From assembly GCA_030141605.1 (NCBI GenBank), contig JAQGDQ010000013.1:882447-946446 (forward strand): a stretch of 64,000 nt of DNA, in the 5' to 3' direction. The notes under the pieces were generated by a model. That model saw nothing but the letters and a program-made list of their open reading frames with translations, did no database searches and was not told where the DNA came from. Both the position numbers and the translations under genes were made by a program. Origin of the DNA: Tubiluchus corallicola. Taxonomy: Eukaryota > Animalia > Priapulida. Shown here piece after piece: positions 39,101 through 54,100 of the stretch (positions are counted from its first letter, which is position 1; each line of letters opens with the position of its first letter).

Positions 39101-42100
39101 GAACAATTTTACATACGTTAGCCAATTTATCAGTGAAGTTGCGAGGGGTTTGGCCACCCTGTGCAGTGTAACCAATTTGGCGTAATACACCTTTGACTGC
39201 TACATAGACATAGACATAGAACATTTATTTTCTCCAATTAGTGTAACATCAAAAGTTTTTTAAATATTAAGTAATTATAATCATGGAGCAGGGCAGGGTA
39301 GGACCATAGGTCATCTAGTCTCCTGCCCTTTCTTATAAATAGATTGGTATATTAAAAATTAACGGTGATGCTGCAGATAACAAAACAAAAACAAGTAAGA
39401 AAAAAATTATAAAGTTAGATACGTAAACTGAACAAAACAATACAATTATTCAGTAATTAGGATTATTATATGTAGTAGTTTCAAATGGGGTCTTATTAAC
39501 AGGGGAATTTGATCAAGGTTAGTGAGTAAAGCTAAAAACTGAGAGTACGGAAAGAAAAAAATAAGCATCAAAAAGTGTAATATAGAAAAATTTATGAGAA
39601 AAAGAGTAAGTATGAGAAAGAGCAACAAGGAGATGAAAAGAAAAAAGAAAAAAGAAAAGAAATTACAAACACACGTTTATGAAAGATATTTATTCATATA
39701 AAGGCTAAAGTATTTAGTCTTAATGAAAATGTGAAAACATTGAATGACTAGATGTTTCTGACTTTTTGAATTGCGAAGTCCTTTATAATCTGTTCAACAT
39801 CAAGTGATTCGGTAAATTCTCTTTCAATAAAAAGAATCGTTAAGTTAGTGAGTCTATGTTTGCTCGTAGATGGCTGCAGATAATTCTTAATTAATTTTAA
39901 CTTAGAGAATGTTATAATTATTGTGTTTTATGCTTCAAATTAAAAAATACGCTTTTATATGACTGCGCTAGGCAAGTAAATGAATGAAAAAAAAATTGTA
40001 AAATTTCTGACCGGATGTGTGATTAAAATAAATTTACCCGGGTGATTAGACGGAAATAGAAATAGGCCTATTTTTATTGTCGGCATATTAACAGAAAGTA
40101 TTGGCCGTCCTTGCATATAAACTGGTTGTATGTTTGTAAATTGACCACTGATGACGACAGCAGCAACCTGTACTAAATGTTTGGCATGATTTTAACTTTT
40201 TAATGTACCTGTAATAAAAATGGACTTGTATAATAAAAAGTCTAAAACAGTGTGAGGTGTAAATTAGGAAAACTACTTTGCACACATTTTAGCTATGCTA
40301 CTTGAATTGCAAATTTCCGTACGTTACATTTAACTATTTTCAGATGGCACATATCGCAAAATAGCCTTCTTTGATGTGTCAGACCTTTCTGGCAAGCTTG
40401 ACTGGATCAATGGAAAAGAAGCCATAAAATGGAAAGGTAAATACACACAAAACTTACAGGTTTCACTGATGTTTGAAGCATATTTTCTGGACAGAATAAT
40501 CAATTATTTCCATCAGCCACTCAAACATTCAGCAGTCATGCATATCAGCCAACCAAACTTTCAACAGTCATACATAACAGCTATCCATAATTTCAACATT
40601 CATACATATTAGCCAATCAAACTTTCAACATTCATACACATCAGCCATCCAAACTTTCACATCTGTACACATCAGCCATCCAAACTTTCAACAGTCATAC
40701 TCATCAGCCATCCAAACGTTCAACATTCATACCCATCAGCCATCCAAACTTTCAACATTCTTGCACATCAGCCATCTAAACTTTCAACATTCATGCACAT
40801 CAGCCATCTAAACTTTCAACATTCATGCACATCAGCTATCTAAACTTGCAACATTCATGCACATCAGCTATTCATACTTTCAACATTCATACGCATCAGC
40901 CATTCAAACTTTTAACATTCATACACATCAGCCAACCAAACTTTCAACATTCATGCACATCAGCCATCCAAACTTTAAACATTCATACACATCAGCCACC
41001 AAACTTTCAACATTCATACACATCAGCCATCCAAACTTTCAACATTCATACACATCAGCCATACAAACTTTCAACATTCATACACATCAGCCAACCAAAC
41101 TTTAAACATTCATACACATCAGCCATCCAAACTTTCAACAGTCATACACACCAGCCATACAACATACACATTCTATTCACATAACTTAATCATGACTTCA
41201 TTTAACATTAGCCAAATTTCCATTAACTATTACTGATTTAGCTTGACCAGGTTATGTTTCTTTACAGGTGGAAAGCCTCCCCCAGACAGAACAGTTATAC
41301 GAGAGGAAATACAGCAGATATCACCTGAATTGTTTCTCATTATGTGTATAGTTGCTAGTATTGGGATTCTCTTCGCTCTAACATGTTTGATATTCAACCT
41401 GATCTACAGAAATGCAAAGTAAGATATTTGTTTTATCATGTTGATTTGCAGTTCATATATCAACTGACATTTTCAGTCGACAAAGCGACAATGTTATAAT
41501 CATATGGGTGCTTGTATATCAAAATCTGGGCTTGGCAACCGAAAAAATCGCGAAGCAAAATCGTAATGCTACTACCGGAATTTGACGGTTTTCACGATAG
41601 TAGTACTAGATTCTAGCCAGAAAAGAGAGCGTGAGGTTATAAAATTAGATTTTTAGTATTTTTAAACATTTTCCTGATGATATGATGCTAGAATATAAAA
41701 GTCCAATATATTTAACATTTGTTTTTATAAAAAACAAAAAATTTGACATTTGACTAAACTTTTGGGTCATTCTACTTTAAAACATCATAACGTCGTTTTA
41801 ACTAAGCCTACTTGTGGACTGTTTTGGTTTGCAAGCACACACATGCTGTTTTGATATTTGTAGGTCTATTCAAATGTCAGGACCATCATTGAATAACATC
41901 AGTATGCTAGGGATCATGTGTTGTTTGTTCAGCATCATTTTACTAGGATTTGACGACAGACTAGTTGATCCACATGGGTTCAGACAAATATGCCATGTAA
42001 GTAAGAATGTTTGTGTTTAACAGGGTTCCCACAGAATTTTAAAATAAATTTTCACGACTTTTCCCTGAACCGAATACTGATTTTTCATGACCAAGATAAG

Positions 42101-45100
42101 CAGAAATTGTAAAACCAGTATACACATTCAAACAGTTTTGTGTATGGACATTCATATTTATACTGACATATAACGTGTTGGTAAAGTTGTAGTGGTAATA
42201 GCGAAACTATACTAGTCACATTAAATAAACTTTCTTAATCAAATCATTATTTTTGAACAGAATCAAAACTGGGAGCCTGCCACCGCAAAACACGAATTGC
42301 TGAAAATTATTGTTTCACGGTGATTACTTTTGCAACTCTTTCCAATTTCCCTGACTTTTTATCAAATTATCTTTTTCCCTGACTTTTTCATGACTTTCCA
42401 GGATTTTCCGTGAACATGGGAACCCTGATTTAAGAGATTTTTGAAACATTTTGTCAGCATCAGTAGTGATAATGATAATGAAAAAGTCAGTGATAAATAT
42501 GATTAAATGATGCAGAGCTGATTAATGTTTTGCTGGCACAAAGAAGGTACCTATGTGCTGACTTCCATGTCTGATGGCTAGAAATAATTGCTACATTGCG
42601 AATAGTTCAAACAAGTATAATTTCTAGCAGTTTCCCAAAACTGACCTCTGTTGTCCTCGCAAGTTTTTACATTAATTTGTTGGCAATGTTAAAAGTCATT
42701 CACACTCTACACTTTCAATCATTCAAGCTATTATTTTTTACTGTTTATTTTACATAAAACGTCAAGAAAAACACGTTAATTTACTAACATCTCACAAGAT
42801 TTTTGCATTATCTTAAATTCATTCTTATCACTTATACAATTAAGATGTAATTTCTTCCTGTTTATCATGTTCCATCGAATCTCATCACGGCTAAACCAAA
42901 GAAGCCATTTTTAATCCAGCCAGAAGTTTCCTAGACATTTGCTTTGAGCTGTATAAATTGACCAGTGGAACATATAAATACATCACATGAACTAGCTAAT
43001 GATCATTACTCAAGCTTTAATGTTCAGTAAAAAGAGAGTAAATCAAGATACAGCATTCGACCAGGCATTTAGCAAAAGCATAATAGAATGTTGCAAAATG
43101 TAATATAGACAGCATTTTTTTAACTGGACAAAACATAACATTTGCTCTTTCTTTTCACAATTAGACAAATGGTTACAATAAATTACACATGTAATTTTAA
43201 TTAGTTAATAACAGTATTTTTAACGAGTGTTGAAATTTCGACGTAGGTTCGAGCATGGCTGTTAACACTGGGATTTACTCTTGCTTATGGAGCCATGTTT
43301 GCTAAAGTGTGGACGGTACACAGACTTGCAACAAAAGCCAAAAAAGAAGCAAAGGTAAACATTTCAGTCGTTCGTAAGTAACTAGTTATCTAACATTTTA
43401 CTAAAACATCGTAACACGACAGCCTCACTCCCAAAACGTGGCACGTATTTTGTTGTGCTGTATTATAAAACAATATGGAAGTTTACATTTTACTAAAACA
43501 TTGTAACACGACAGCCTCGCTGTCAAAACATGGCACATATTTTGTTATGCTGTATTATAAAACAATATGGAAGTTTACATTTTACTAAAACATTGTAACA
43601 CGACAGCCTCGCTGTCAAAACGTGGCACATATTTTGTTGTGCTGTATTATAAAACAATATGGAAGTTTACATTTTACTAAAACATTGTAACACGACAGCC
43701 TCGCTGTCAAAACATGGCACATATTTTGTTATGCTGTATTATAAAACAATATGGAAGTTTACATTTTACTAAAACATTGTAACACGACAGCCTCGCTGTC
43801 AAAACGTGGCACATATTTTGTTGTGCTGTATTATAAAACAATATGGAAGTTTACATTTTACTAAAACATTGTAACACGACAGCCTCGCTGTCAAAACATG
43901 GCACATATTTTGTTATGCTGTATTATAAAACAATATGGAAGTTTACATTTTACTAAAACATTGTAACACGACAGCCTCGCTGTCAAAACGTGGCACATAT
44001 TTTGTTGTGCTGTATTATAAAACAATATGGAAGTTTACATTTTACTAAAACATTGTAACACGACAGCCTCGCTGTCAAAACATGGCACATATTTTGTTAT
44101 GCTGTATTATAAAACAATATGGAAGTTTACATTTTACTAAAACATTGTAACACGACAGCCTCGCTGTCAAAACGTGGCACATATTTTGTTGTGCTGTATT
44201 ATAAAACAATATGGAAGTTTACATTTTACTAAAACATTGTAACACGACAGCCTCGCTGTCAAAACATGGCACATATTTTGTTGTGCTGTATTATAAAACA
44301 GCATGGAAGTTTACATTTTACTAAAACATTGTAACACGATAGCCTCACTCCGAAAACATGGCACATATTTTGTTGTGCTGTATTATAAAACAATATGGAG
44401 GTTTACATTTTACTAAAACATTGTAACACGACAGCCTCGCTGTCAAAACATGGCACATATTTTGTTGTGCTGTATTATAAAACAACATGGAAGTTTACAT
44501 TTTACTAAAACATTGTAATACGACAGCCTCACTGTCAAAACATGGCACTTATTTTGTTGTGCTGTATTATAAAACAACGTGGAGGTTTACAATTTACTAA
44601 AACATTGTAACACGATAGCCTCACTGCCAAAACATGGCACATATTTTGTTGTGCTGTATAAAACAATGGGTTACATTTACTAAAACATTGTAACACGATA
44701 GCCTCACTGCAAAACATGGCACATATTTTGTTGTGCTGTATTATAAAACAATATGGAGGTTTACATTTTACTAAAACATTGTAACACGATAGCCTCACTG
44801 CCAAAACATGGCACATATTTTGTTGTGCTGTATTATAAAACAATATGGAGGTTTACATTTTACTAAAACATTGTAACACGATAGCCTCACTCCCAAAACA
44901 TGGCACATATTTTGTTGTGCTGTATTATAAATCAATATGGAGGTTTACATTTTACTAAAACATTGTAACATGACAGCCTCATTGCCAAAACATGGCACGT
45001 ATTTTGTTGTGCTGTATTATAAAACAATATGGAGGTTTATGGATTGCTTGCAAAAATTTACCTCTGTAAATCCTAAAAAAAAATATTCACAAAACTCGAA

Positions 45101-48100
45101 TTTTCAGCAGTCACAAATTACTAGTTGTGTTGAGAAGCCACTAAATAATGACTAAGTATTCTAGAGCAGTTTTAGCTTATTCTAGATATCTAAACAAGTA
45201 GCTTTACAACGAAACACCACTAAGATAAGGGATGTTCTTCCTGATGGGTACATACATTTACCTGTCACCTGTGGCGGGTAAAAATAGTTCCTCATTAACT
45301 AAAGTTTCCACTCTATAAAAAATTTAATGAAATTTAGAAAAGAAACAGGACATATACAAGAACAAAAGAGTTGTATGCTTCGTTTTCAGTCTTAGAAGAT
45401 TTTTTTGCAAACTAATGGACAAAAGTTTTGCTTTGTGCTTGTACAGCATCTCAGTGTAGCAGTGAACATTATTCTGCCCTGTGCTCATTAGCACATCTAT
45501 CATTAGCACACTAAGGCGTAATATTTGTTATCATCCGGGTGTGTGTTCACAGAATGTAACAACAGCAAGTGCTGACAGTGAGCAGTACTCTGAACATTGT
45601 GCTGTTGAATGTCCAATACAAATAGTGAAAAATTATTAACAGTGTTTTTGTGTTTTGGAAATCTTGAACAGTTTCACGGCTGAATTTATCACTTGGGTGG
45701 CAATCAGTTAAATAAACAGTAACTGCCAGTAATTTCTGTACGTTTTACTTGCTAATAAGATTGTGTACATGCTACCAAACTTTCAGCCTGTGAAAAATAT
45801 GTTGCAAGAAAAAAATGTATAAAACAATAATATTGACGCATGCTAAATTACTATATAGCTACTGATCATGCTGGGAGTGCCGGCTGTCAATTCAACGGCC
45901 GAGCAGGGCAACTTCACCTGCAGCAGGCTGTTGTATTCCTGTACAAATTTCATAACACCTTAATGCATTGGAACAGCTGTCAAATTTACGAAGTTAGACT
46001 GATTTGAATATTTTTAACAAAATTTTGTGCAGAAAAGTATGTTCTACAGTTTTCATGTTGAACAGTTTGAGATTCAGGCTATGACTTGGATAACTAGAAG
46101 GCTTAGAAACGGAAATTCTTTGAAAACTCTGCATACTTTTTGGAACATCCTCTTAGTTACTCAACTGAATAAAAAAATTTAAACATTTTATTTACTGTGC
46201 TAGAAAGAAAATTTAATTCACTTTCAGAAAATATATTGTTTTGCACTAGTGGCTCATGCAATTAGGCCGTTATGGCCGTTTTTGTATCGGGATGATAAAA
46301 ACACATAAACATTCGTCGTCATGAAGGAGTTAAAAGTTCCGTGTTAAATTTCTGCTTTTTATCTCTTGATAGAAATTTAAAATCATCTATTGTTAGCTTC
46401 TGCATAAATGTAGTTTTTCAATAATTATCAATAATTTAACAACAACTTTATAGATATTTATGAGAATGCCAGTAGGTAGGTAAACTGCATCAAACTTTGA
46501 GATTTTTCTAATCTACCCATCATTTTGTTTTTATAAATACATTTCACTTAAAGGAAAACCGGACGATTGTCTCGACTCAGTCTCATTTTAATTTACTGTC
46601 CAAAATATACATTTTGTTGCCTATAAATGTTTAGCAATTGTTTTTTATATTTGAATGATTAGCTTAGAAAGGTAATTAATAGCAAGCGAACACAGCTATT
46701 GCTTATGTCAGAAACTAACCACAGTTTTTGCAATGGTAGGCATCTTCCCTTGCACGTCAAGCATGTTTGCGTAAGTTTTACTGCTTAAATGCATGATGCC
46801 ATGAAAATGGGCTCTACGTCATATGACGTCAGAAACTAACACTGCAGTTCATGATCAAGGTTATCACGGTACTGCCTTATATTTATCGGCCATGCGAACG
46901 TGACAAAAAGGCGCTGCAATCAATCTTAGTAGATTAGCTGAGCCGTGCGTAGCTTTGAAAGTTTAACGAAATTTGAGTATCCGAGGTAATTATTATTTAA
47001 TGTAAGCTTTGATTTAAAAAAAGCTATTGTAGTTTTCAATATTTTGAGCTAATGTTTACACAATCATCCGGTTTTCCTTTAAATGGCCCTCTGTCTGTTA
47101 ACAAGAACTTAGGAAAATGTGCAAAATTTATATATATGTTCTACATATAAAAGCATACCGTGCTTTACTTCTATTTTCCCTTGTGGTCTTAATCTGTGAT
47201 TGAGTTTTTGAACAAGTTTTTGATTAGCTAACTGTTTCAAATTCTTACAAAAATCTCACTTGACACAGCCATCACAAGTCCTAATTAGACTGCAATTTTT
47301 TTGTTATTTAAGTCCCAATTAATTTTGCAACCAACTCATAGCCGCATTTAAAACCAAGTAATCATCTACAATTGTAATTTTAAAATATAACTTTTTTTAA
47401 CAATTAATATAATCTTTTGAATTTTACTAGCAGGCAAGAGTTGATTTAACTGTGTATTAACTGCCAACCCTAATTTGCTTACTCACGATATACTTGCTAT
47501 AATTATTATAATGTATCTGCATAAACTTCTAAATGGGTATTCTAAAAGAAGTTTATGCAGTGGTTAAGCTGTGGACGAATAATTCACAATTCTAACTGCA
47601 CAATTTAAAAAACTTCACATAATAAATTTTACCCGTTTTCATAACATTTCAGTTGTCTAAAGTCATGAGAACTAACAGAGTCGTTCAAGCCTAATTATTG
47701 CATCATGTTCTAATTTTAGTTCATAACAGCGCATGCAGAGTTTTACAAGCATTGCTGAATAGTATTTAATCTATTGAAGCGCTGAATAGTAACCTAGTTA
47801 ATGAGCATTTGTAACATTTTAGCATAGGTGCATAGTTGCTTTGTCATGCCTTGTCAGCACTTTCATAGACTCATTTGACACATTTAGTTACGACATGCTC
47901 TTGCTCATGCAGGGGAACAGATACATACGCAATGACTACTTCTCAACTGCATTATTTTTGCAAAATCGACTTGTCCTCTACACTGGTAACGTGTCCGATT
48001 CATGACCAGCATTTCTTATCTTCAAATCTGGGCGAATTCTGTCAAAGTCAATCAATACCTGGAACAAATTTGTAATTAATTCTCACAAAATTCACCAGAT

Positions 48101-51100
48101 TCAATACTGAAACGTTAAAAAATTTATGAAATTGGAACTGCTAGAATAAATCAAAACTGAAATTGATTTGTGATGAGGAAAATGAATTTTTAAAATAAAA
48201 ATGACGGCCAGCACCAGCTTAATAAAAGACATGGCTTTTATTAAGATTCTCTCTGCAAAGTTTCGACGTAATTACATGTCGCATGATATTATGATATAAT
48301 CCAATAGCAGTCGATTATATCATGACATCATACTTACTAGATATAATACAATACTACTTGGTAATATCATGACATCATACTGACCAGATATAATCCAATA
48401 CTACTTGGTTATATCATGACATCATACTTACCACATATAATCCAATACTACATGGTTATATCATGACATGATGCTTACCAGATATAATCCAACACTACTT
48501 GGTTATATCATGACATGATACTTATCAGATATAATCCAACACTACTTGGTTATATCACGACATCATACTTACCAGATATAATCCAATACTACTTGGTTAT
48601 ATCATGACATGATACATATCAGATATAATCCAACACTACTTGGTTATATCATGACATGATACATATCAGATATAATCCAACACTACTTGGTTATATCATG
48701 ACATGATACATATCAGACATAATCCAACGCTACTTGGTTATATCATGACATCATACTTACCACATATAATCCAATACTACATGGTTATATCATGACATGA
48801 TGCTTACCATTTATAATCCAACACTACTTGGTTATATCATGACATGATACTTATCAGATATAATCCAACACTACTTGGTTATATCATGACATCATACTTA
48901 CCAGATATAATCCAATACTACTTGGTTATATCATGACATGATACATATCAGATATAATCCAACACTACTTGGTTATATCATGACATCATACTTACTAGAT
49001 ATAATACAATACTACTTGGTTATATCATGACATCATACTGACCAGATATAATCCAACACTACTTGGTTTTATCATGACATCATACAGACCAGATATAATC
49101 CAACACTACTTGGTTATATCATGACATGATACTTATCAGATATAATCCAACACTACTTGGTTATATCATGACATCATACTTATCACATATAATCCAATAC
49201 TACTTGGTTATATCACGACATGATGCTTACCAGATATAATCCAACACTACTTGGTTATATCATGACATAATACTTATCAGATATAATCCAACACTACTTG
49301 GTTATATCATGACATCATACTTACCAGATATAATCCAATACTACTTGGTTATATCATGACATGATACATATCAGATATAATCCAACACTACTTGGTTATA
49401 TCATGACATCATACTTACCAGATATAATCCAATACTACTTGGTTATATCATGACATGATACATATCAGATATAATCCAACACTACTTGGTTATATCATGA
49501 CATCATACTTACCAGATATAATCCAATACACAACACAATACTTATCAGATATAATCCAACACTACTTGGTTATATCATGACATCATACTTACCAGATATA
49601 ATCCAATACTACTTGGTTATATCGTGACATGATACTTATCAGATATAATCCAACACTACTTGGTTATATCATGACATCATACTTACCAGATATAATCCTA
49701 CTTGGTTATATCATGACAAGTAACCATGTCGAAATGTAGCAAATGGTGTCTGAATAAAACCCATGTCTTTTCTTAAGTGGGTGCCGGTTGTCATTTTTAC
49801 TTCAACAAAACTGAGTCGTAAACTCAAGCCGAGTAAAAGGATGTAATGGTTGCATGATTTGTTTATAATGATGGTTATAATATAATAATACTACTTGATT
49901 TTATCATTAGTCAATCAGTTATTCAGGCAATTATTTATGAATGTAAATAGAATTCATAATTTTTAAAAACATTTCGGATCTTAATGATCAGTTTCCATAT
50001 TTTTTTTTCTAACACCATTTCAAATAAATTTAATTTCACGTTTTATTATTTTTTACTCTTTGATTTCACGTTTTTTGTTTCAATTTTGTTTACCCGAACA
50101 GAAAGCGATAGGAAAATTAATCCAGAGTTGTCATAGGCGACTACTGCATATATCTCCGGAGCTTGAGTCATCTTCTTTAGCACATGACTATAGTTTTGAG
50201 GTATAGGTGCTGCAGTGACGCGCAGTCACCAGCGCCATAATGTCCAGTCTAACAGCATGACATCTGTGTTATGTTTACTGCTTGATCGTAAATGTATGTG
50301 ACACAAGTTCTCAATGTTTATAGTACATCTACGTACCTTTAATGTAATTTACACATCCCTAATTCAATCTAGATATCGCTGTTATCTTTACTGTGTCATT
50401 AGGTGGTGTTGCTGCTTGTATTATATGTTAGATAAACAACTCGTCTGTAACGAATCCTACACAATTGTTTGTGTATAGTTTATGCTCTCACTTAACAGAA
50501 AGTAATTATAAAAAACTCGGCTCACTACCAAGTTGTGATAATGGTACTATAAACAGGATTTTATAAACGTAAAAACCTTAGGCAGCAAAAATTACTTAAA
50601 ACAAGCAAGTAGGCTGGTAAATGATTTGTTAAAGAGTACGTATTTAAACTGGGCACCATTGAGATGGCACCAAAGACAAGTTACATGTTGCTTTTCTGGT
50701 TAGACTATATCAGATGTAACCTTTACAAGCTTTGCTTTGCAGTTGTGGGTTAGACTTGCTGTTATGCATACGCAAGGCTGTATGATACCAACAATGTCGC
50801 CATAGACAACGCCAAGCTTTGAAACGATGTTTAGCTTTAACTGTCACACTTGTGTATGTGCAGAAGATATTGTGTCACCAGTGCTGTTGCTTATAGATGT
50901 TGCTGCACACTTCACACGGAATGAATGCTTATTATCGTCATTGTAAAGTGTACTGTGTGAGATAACTGTTCACCGGATGTAGATAACCAACTTCCGTGCG
51001 AAGCTGCTGTCCTGAGGATTGCAGAAATGTCTATAAGAATCAGGAGCTCCTTGGATGAGGTGCTGTCTAGCACATGCGCAGCTTCACACAGAAGCACAGT

Positions 51101-54100
51101 ATCTTTCCCTCCGCTGAACAGGGTAGACCTGTATTGTTTACACTGTTTAGAAAAAACAGTTGATTTAGTAGTTTCATTTTTAAATCATTTCTGTCTATAG
51201 TGTATCATTTAACAAAGTCAGCTCAGAGACCTAAATTGATAAGAACTGCTTTCTTCATCAAGCTTTTACGCAAGTGTATTTCTTTATAGTCAAAATTATA
51301 ATTTTCTTTTGATTCATTCTCATAATATGTGATTCAATTCACTTAGCCAGTGGCATTTGATTTCAAATTTGTAGTTGGAAACTATAACATCAAAAATTTT
51401 ATTTCAGAATTCAGGTGGTTGGAATCTTTACGTCATTATTATTATTCTGCTGACTATAGACTTGACTATCTTAGTGATTTGGGAGATACTCGATCCTTTA
51501 GAAAGAAATATGATGGAATTTCCTTTACAGGTAAGAAAAAATGGCTTGTGTGTGAAAACAACAGTTTGTTTCCAAAGTTCTTGAGATTCTTACATATTCA
51601 CTTTCAATGGGACAGTTCCAGTGAGAAAGCAGAACAAATTCACTTTCAATGGGACAGTTCCATTGAGAAAACAGAACAAATTCACTTTCAATGGGACAGT
51701 TCCAGTGAGAAAGCAGAACAAATTCACTTTCAATGGGACAGTTCCAGTGAGAAAGCAGAACAAATTCACTTTCAATGGGACAGTTCCAAAAAGCAGAACA
51801 AATTCACTTTCGATGGGACGTTCCAGTGAGAAAGCAGAACAAATTCATTTTCAATGGGACAGTTCCAGAGAGAAAGCCAAACAAATTAACTATGGTCAGG
51901 GCCAGGTTATCCTATAGGCTATTATAGGGTCCATCAAGCTTGGAGGTCCTCAACCTTTGGTAATATTTAGTCATAAAATCTGTTTTCTCACTACTGTCAT
52001 GCTGTATGTGCTAATATGGTTTGTAATAAATAGTAAAATAATTGTCTTAAAGAATATTTTTATTGACAAACAAAAGATAGTTATTCTAGTTTATTTAAAG
52101 AATTTGCAATAAGTTTACTTCAAGCTGCGTAAATGTCACTAAAATATATTCAATATATACGTTGAATTACACAATATATATATTCTTTAAGTAATACAAA
52201 TACTTTACTAGTTTATCACTGACCACTAGGGACAGCTCTGCTGGGCCCCTACCCCATTATTAGCCTAGGAGCCCCAAAGGTTATAGTCCAGCCCTGCTTT
52301 TGGTACACTGCTAGATGTAATCCAGTGCTCAATCTCATGCTTACTACTAATCTATCTAGTGGTCAGTAATAAACTTCTAATAGAAAAAACTGACCAGCAG
52401 AGTCATTAGCCATGTGTCGATAGATCTGCCACAAGAAGAAAGATAGCATCATTGCAACTAGTTTTGCTCCGTTAAGTACCGGGAACTATGTATTACTCTT
52501 TGCTGAGTTCCATACAGCTTCTTCAGTACAAATATTTGTACAAATGCCAATGATTATACATAGAATAGCATTTTGTTTGGTGTTTTGAACTCTTAATGAC
52601 TGTTCTTGCATTATATAGGATCCCACAAATTCAGATGATGATAAGAAAATTCAACCATTATTGGAACATTGCGAGTCAAAAAATCACATTATATGGTTAG
52701 GTAAGTAAGAATCTAACATCATAGAAGCAGTAAAAAGTTTTAAAACCAGAAATATCTAAACATAAAGCAAATTCAAGATCATGGAAGCAATAAAAAGTTT
52801 TAAAGCCAGAAATATCTAAACGTGAAACAAAACAAATTCAAGACGCCTTGGAAAGAGGGGGATTATTAATTGTTTAATAGGGAAATCAGTTTTTTGCACT
52901 TGTGTAAGAGAAAGTTAATAACGGGCACCAGTAAGTAGAACCAGCAAAGTTTATAACAAAGAACAACTGTTTGCAGTAGGTCACAAACACAGTATGACAG
53001 CAAAGGAGTCACAGTTTGTTGTATAATGGAGAAAAAGAACTAAAACCCAGTGAAACTTGGAAAATTTATAAAAAGACATCAAACAGCCATCCAAGAGGCA
53101 CCGCATATTTCAGATTAATGATTATTTCTCAAATCACGCAATTGCATCAATATCCTCTGTAGGAAGCAATTAATAGTAAGAAGAAGGGAAGTCACTAGTC
53201 GAACAGCAAGCAATTTGTGTCTGGCGTGTGACCAATGGCTTGCATTAATGAAGTCTGGACCAACCACTGTTTACAATTACCATGAAACTTATTTCTGCAA
53301 CAGTTAAGGCGCATTCAGGATGCCCTGGAAAGAGGGACTGTTGATCGTTTTATGGGCAAATTGCTTTTCTGAGTTGGTGTAAATGCAATTCAGCCCTTAG
53401 TTATACGGGCTGGTGGGTGCAAAGATATGCGAGTTTGTTATCTTGTGGCACTTTGTTTTAAAGCTGTCAGTAAACTTTCTCTGTGTTTCATTGTGTAAGA
53501 TTTGCTAAACAAAGAGGTGTTAAGAACAAGTATATTGCTAATTGCATTTAATGTGATTAGTATGTACCCTATCAGTGCAGGTAATAGGTATTGACTTTCT
53601 TATTTGTTTCATTCAATTCATTATATCGATGATTGTGGCAAGACTGGGACTTTACAGCTATTCAAGGATAATCCTGTAAGGTAAGACAATGAGCCAGCAA
53701 AATTCTGATGTAAATACATCCTCCATTAACAAGAGAACTAATTAGAAGTACAGCAGATGAGACTGCATTAGAGGACAAGAAAACGGGTACCTGAAGTAGG
53801 TTTCAGAAAAATTACCATAAAATATTATCTTACTTTACACCAATTTTATACATATATCGTACATGCATTGAAAGGATTTTTTATTTGTTTTCATTTTAAA
53901 TCTCCTGCAATACTGTTCTGATGACGCCATTACATGACGTAAAATAGGGGAAGAAAAGGAAATGTTAAATTACGTCCCAAAAGACTTTCCATGCAAATTT
54001 ATATTACTTAGTATTTCGCTTACCTGCTTCAAAGATATATGTAACTAGAAAATAAAATTATTAATTATTTAAAATGCTTTCACCAAATGGTAAAATCTCA

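Noticed and set aside
40825-41184. His-rich 119-aa ORF
   Set aside because: Translation of the 31-bp minisatellite in intron 10.
43393-49717. Regular repeat arrays that might suggest CRISPR
   Set aside because: The monomers are contiguous with no unique spacers, there are no cas genes, and the context is a eukaryotic intron.
51350-51917. 159-aa ORF with [14 protein letters not shown] repeats
   Set aside because: It overlaps exon 14 in the wrong frame and continues through a 42-bp minisatellite.
52840-53380. Diverged ~50-bp direct repeats about 480 bp apart as possible LTRs
   Set aside because: They are too short, lack TG...CA ends, PBS and PPT, and the interior resembles a degraded LINE tail.
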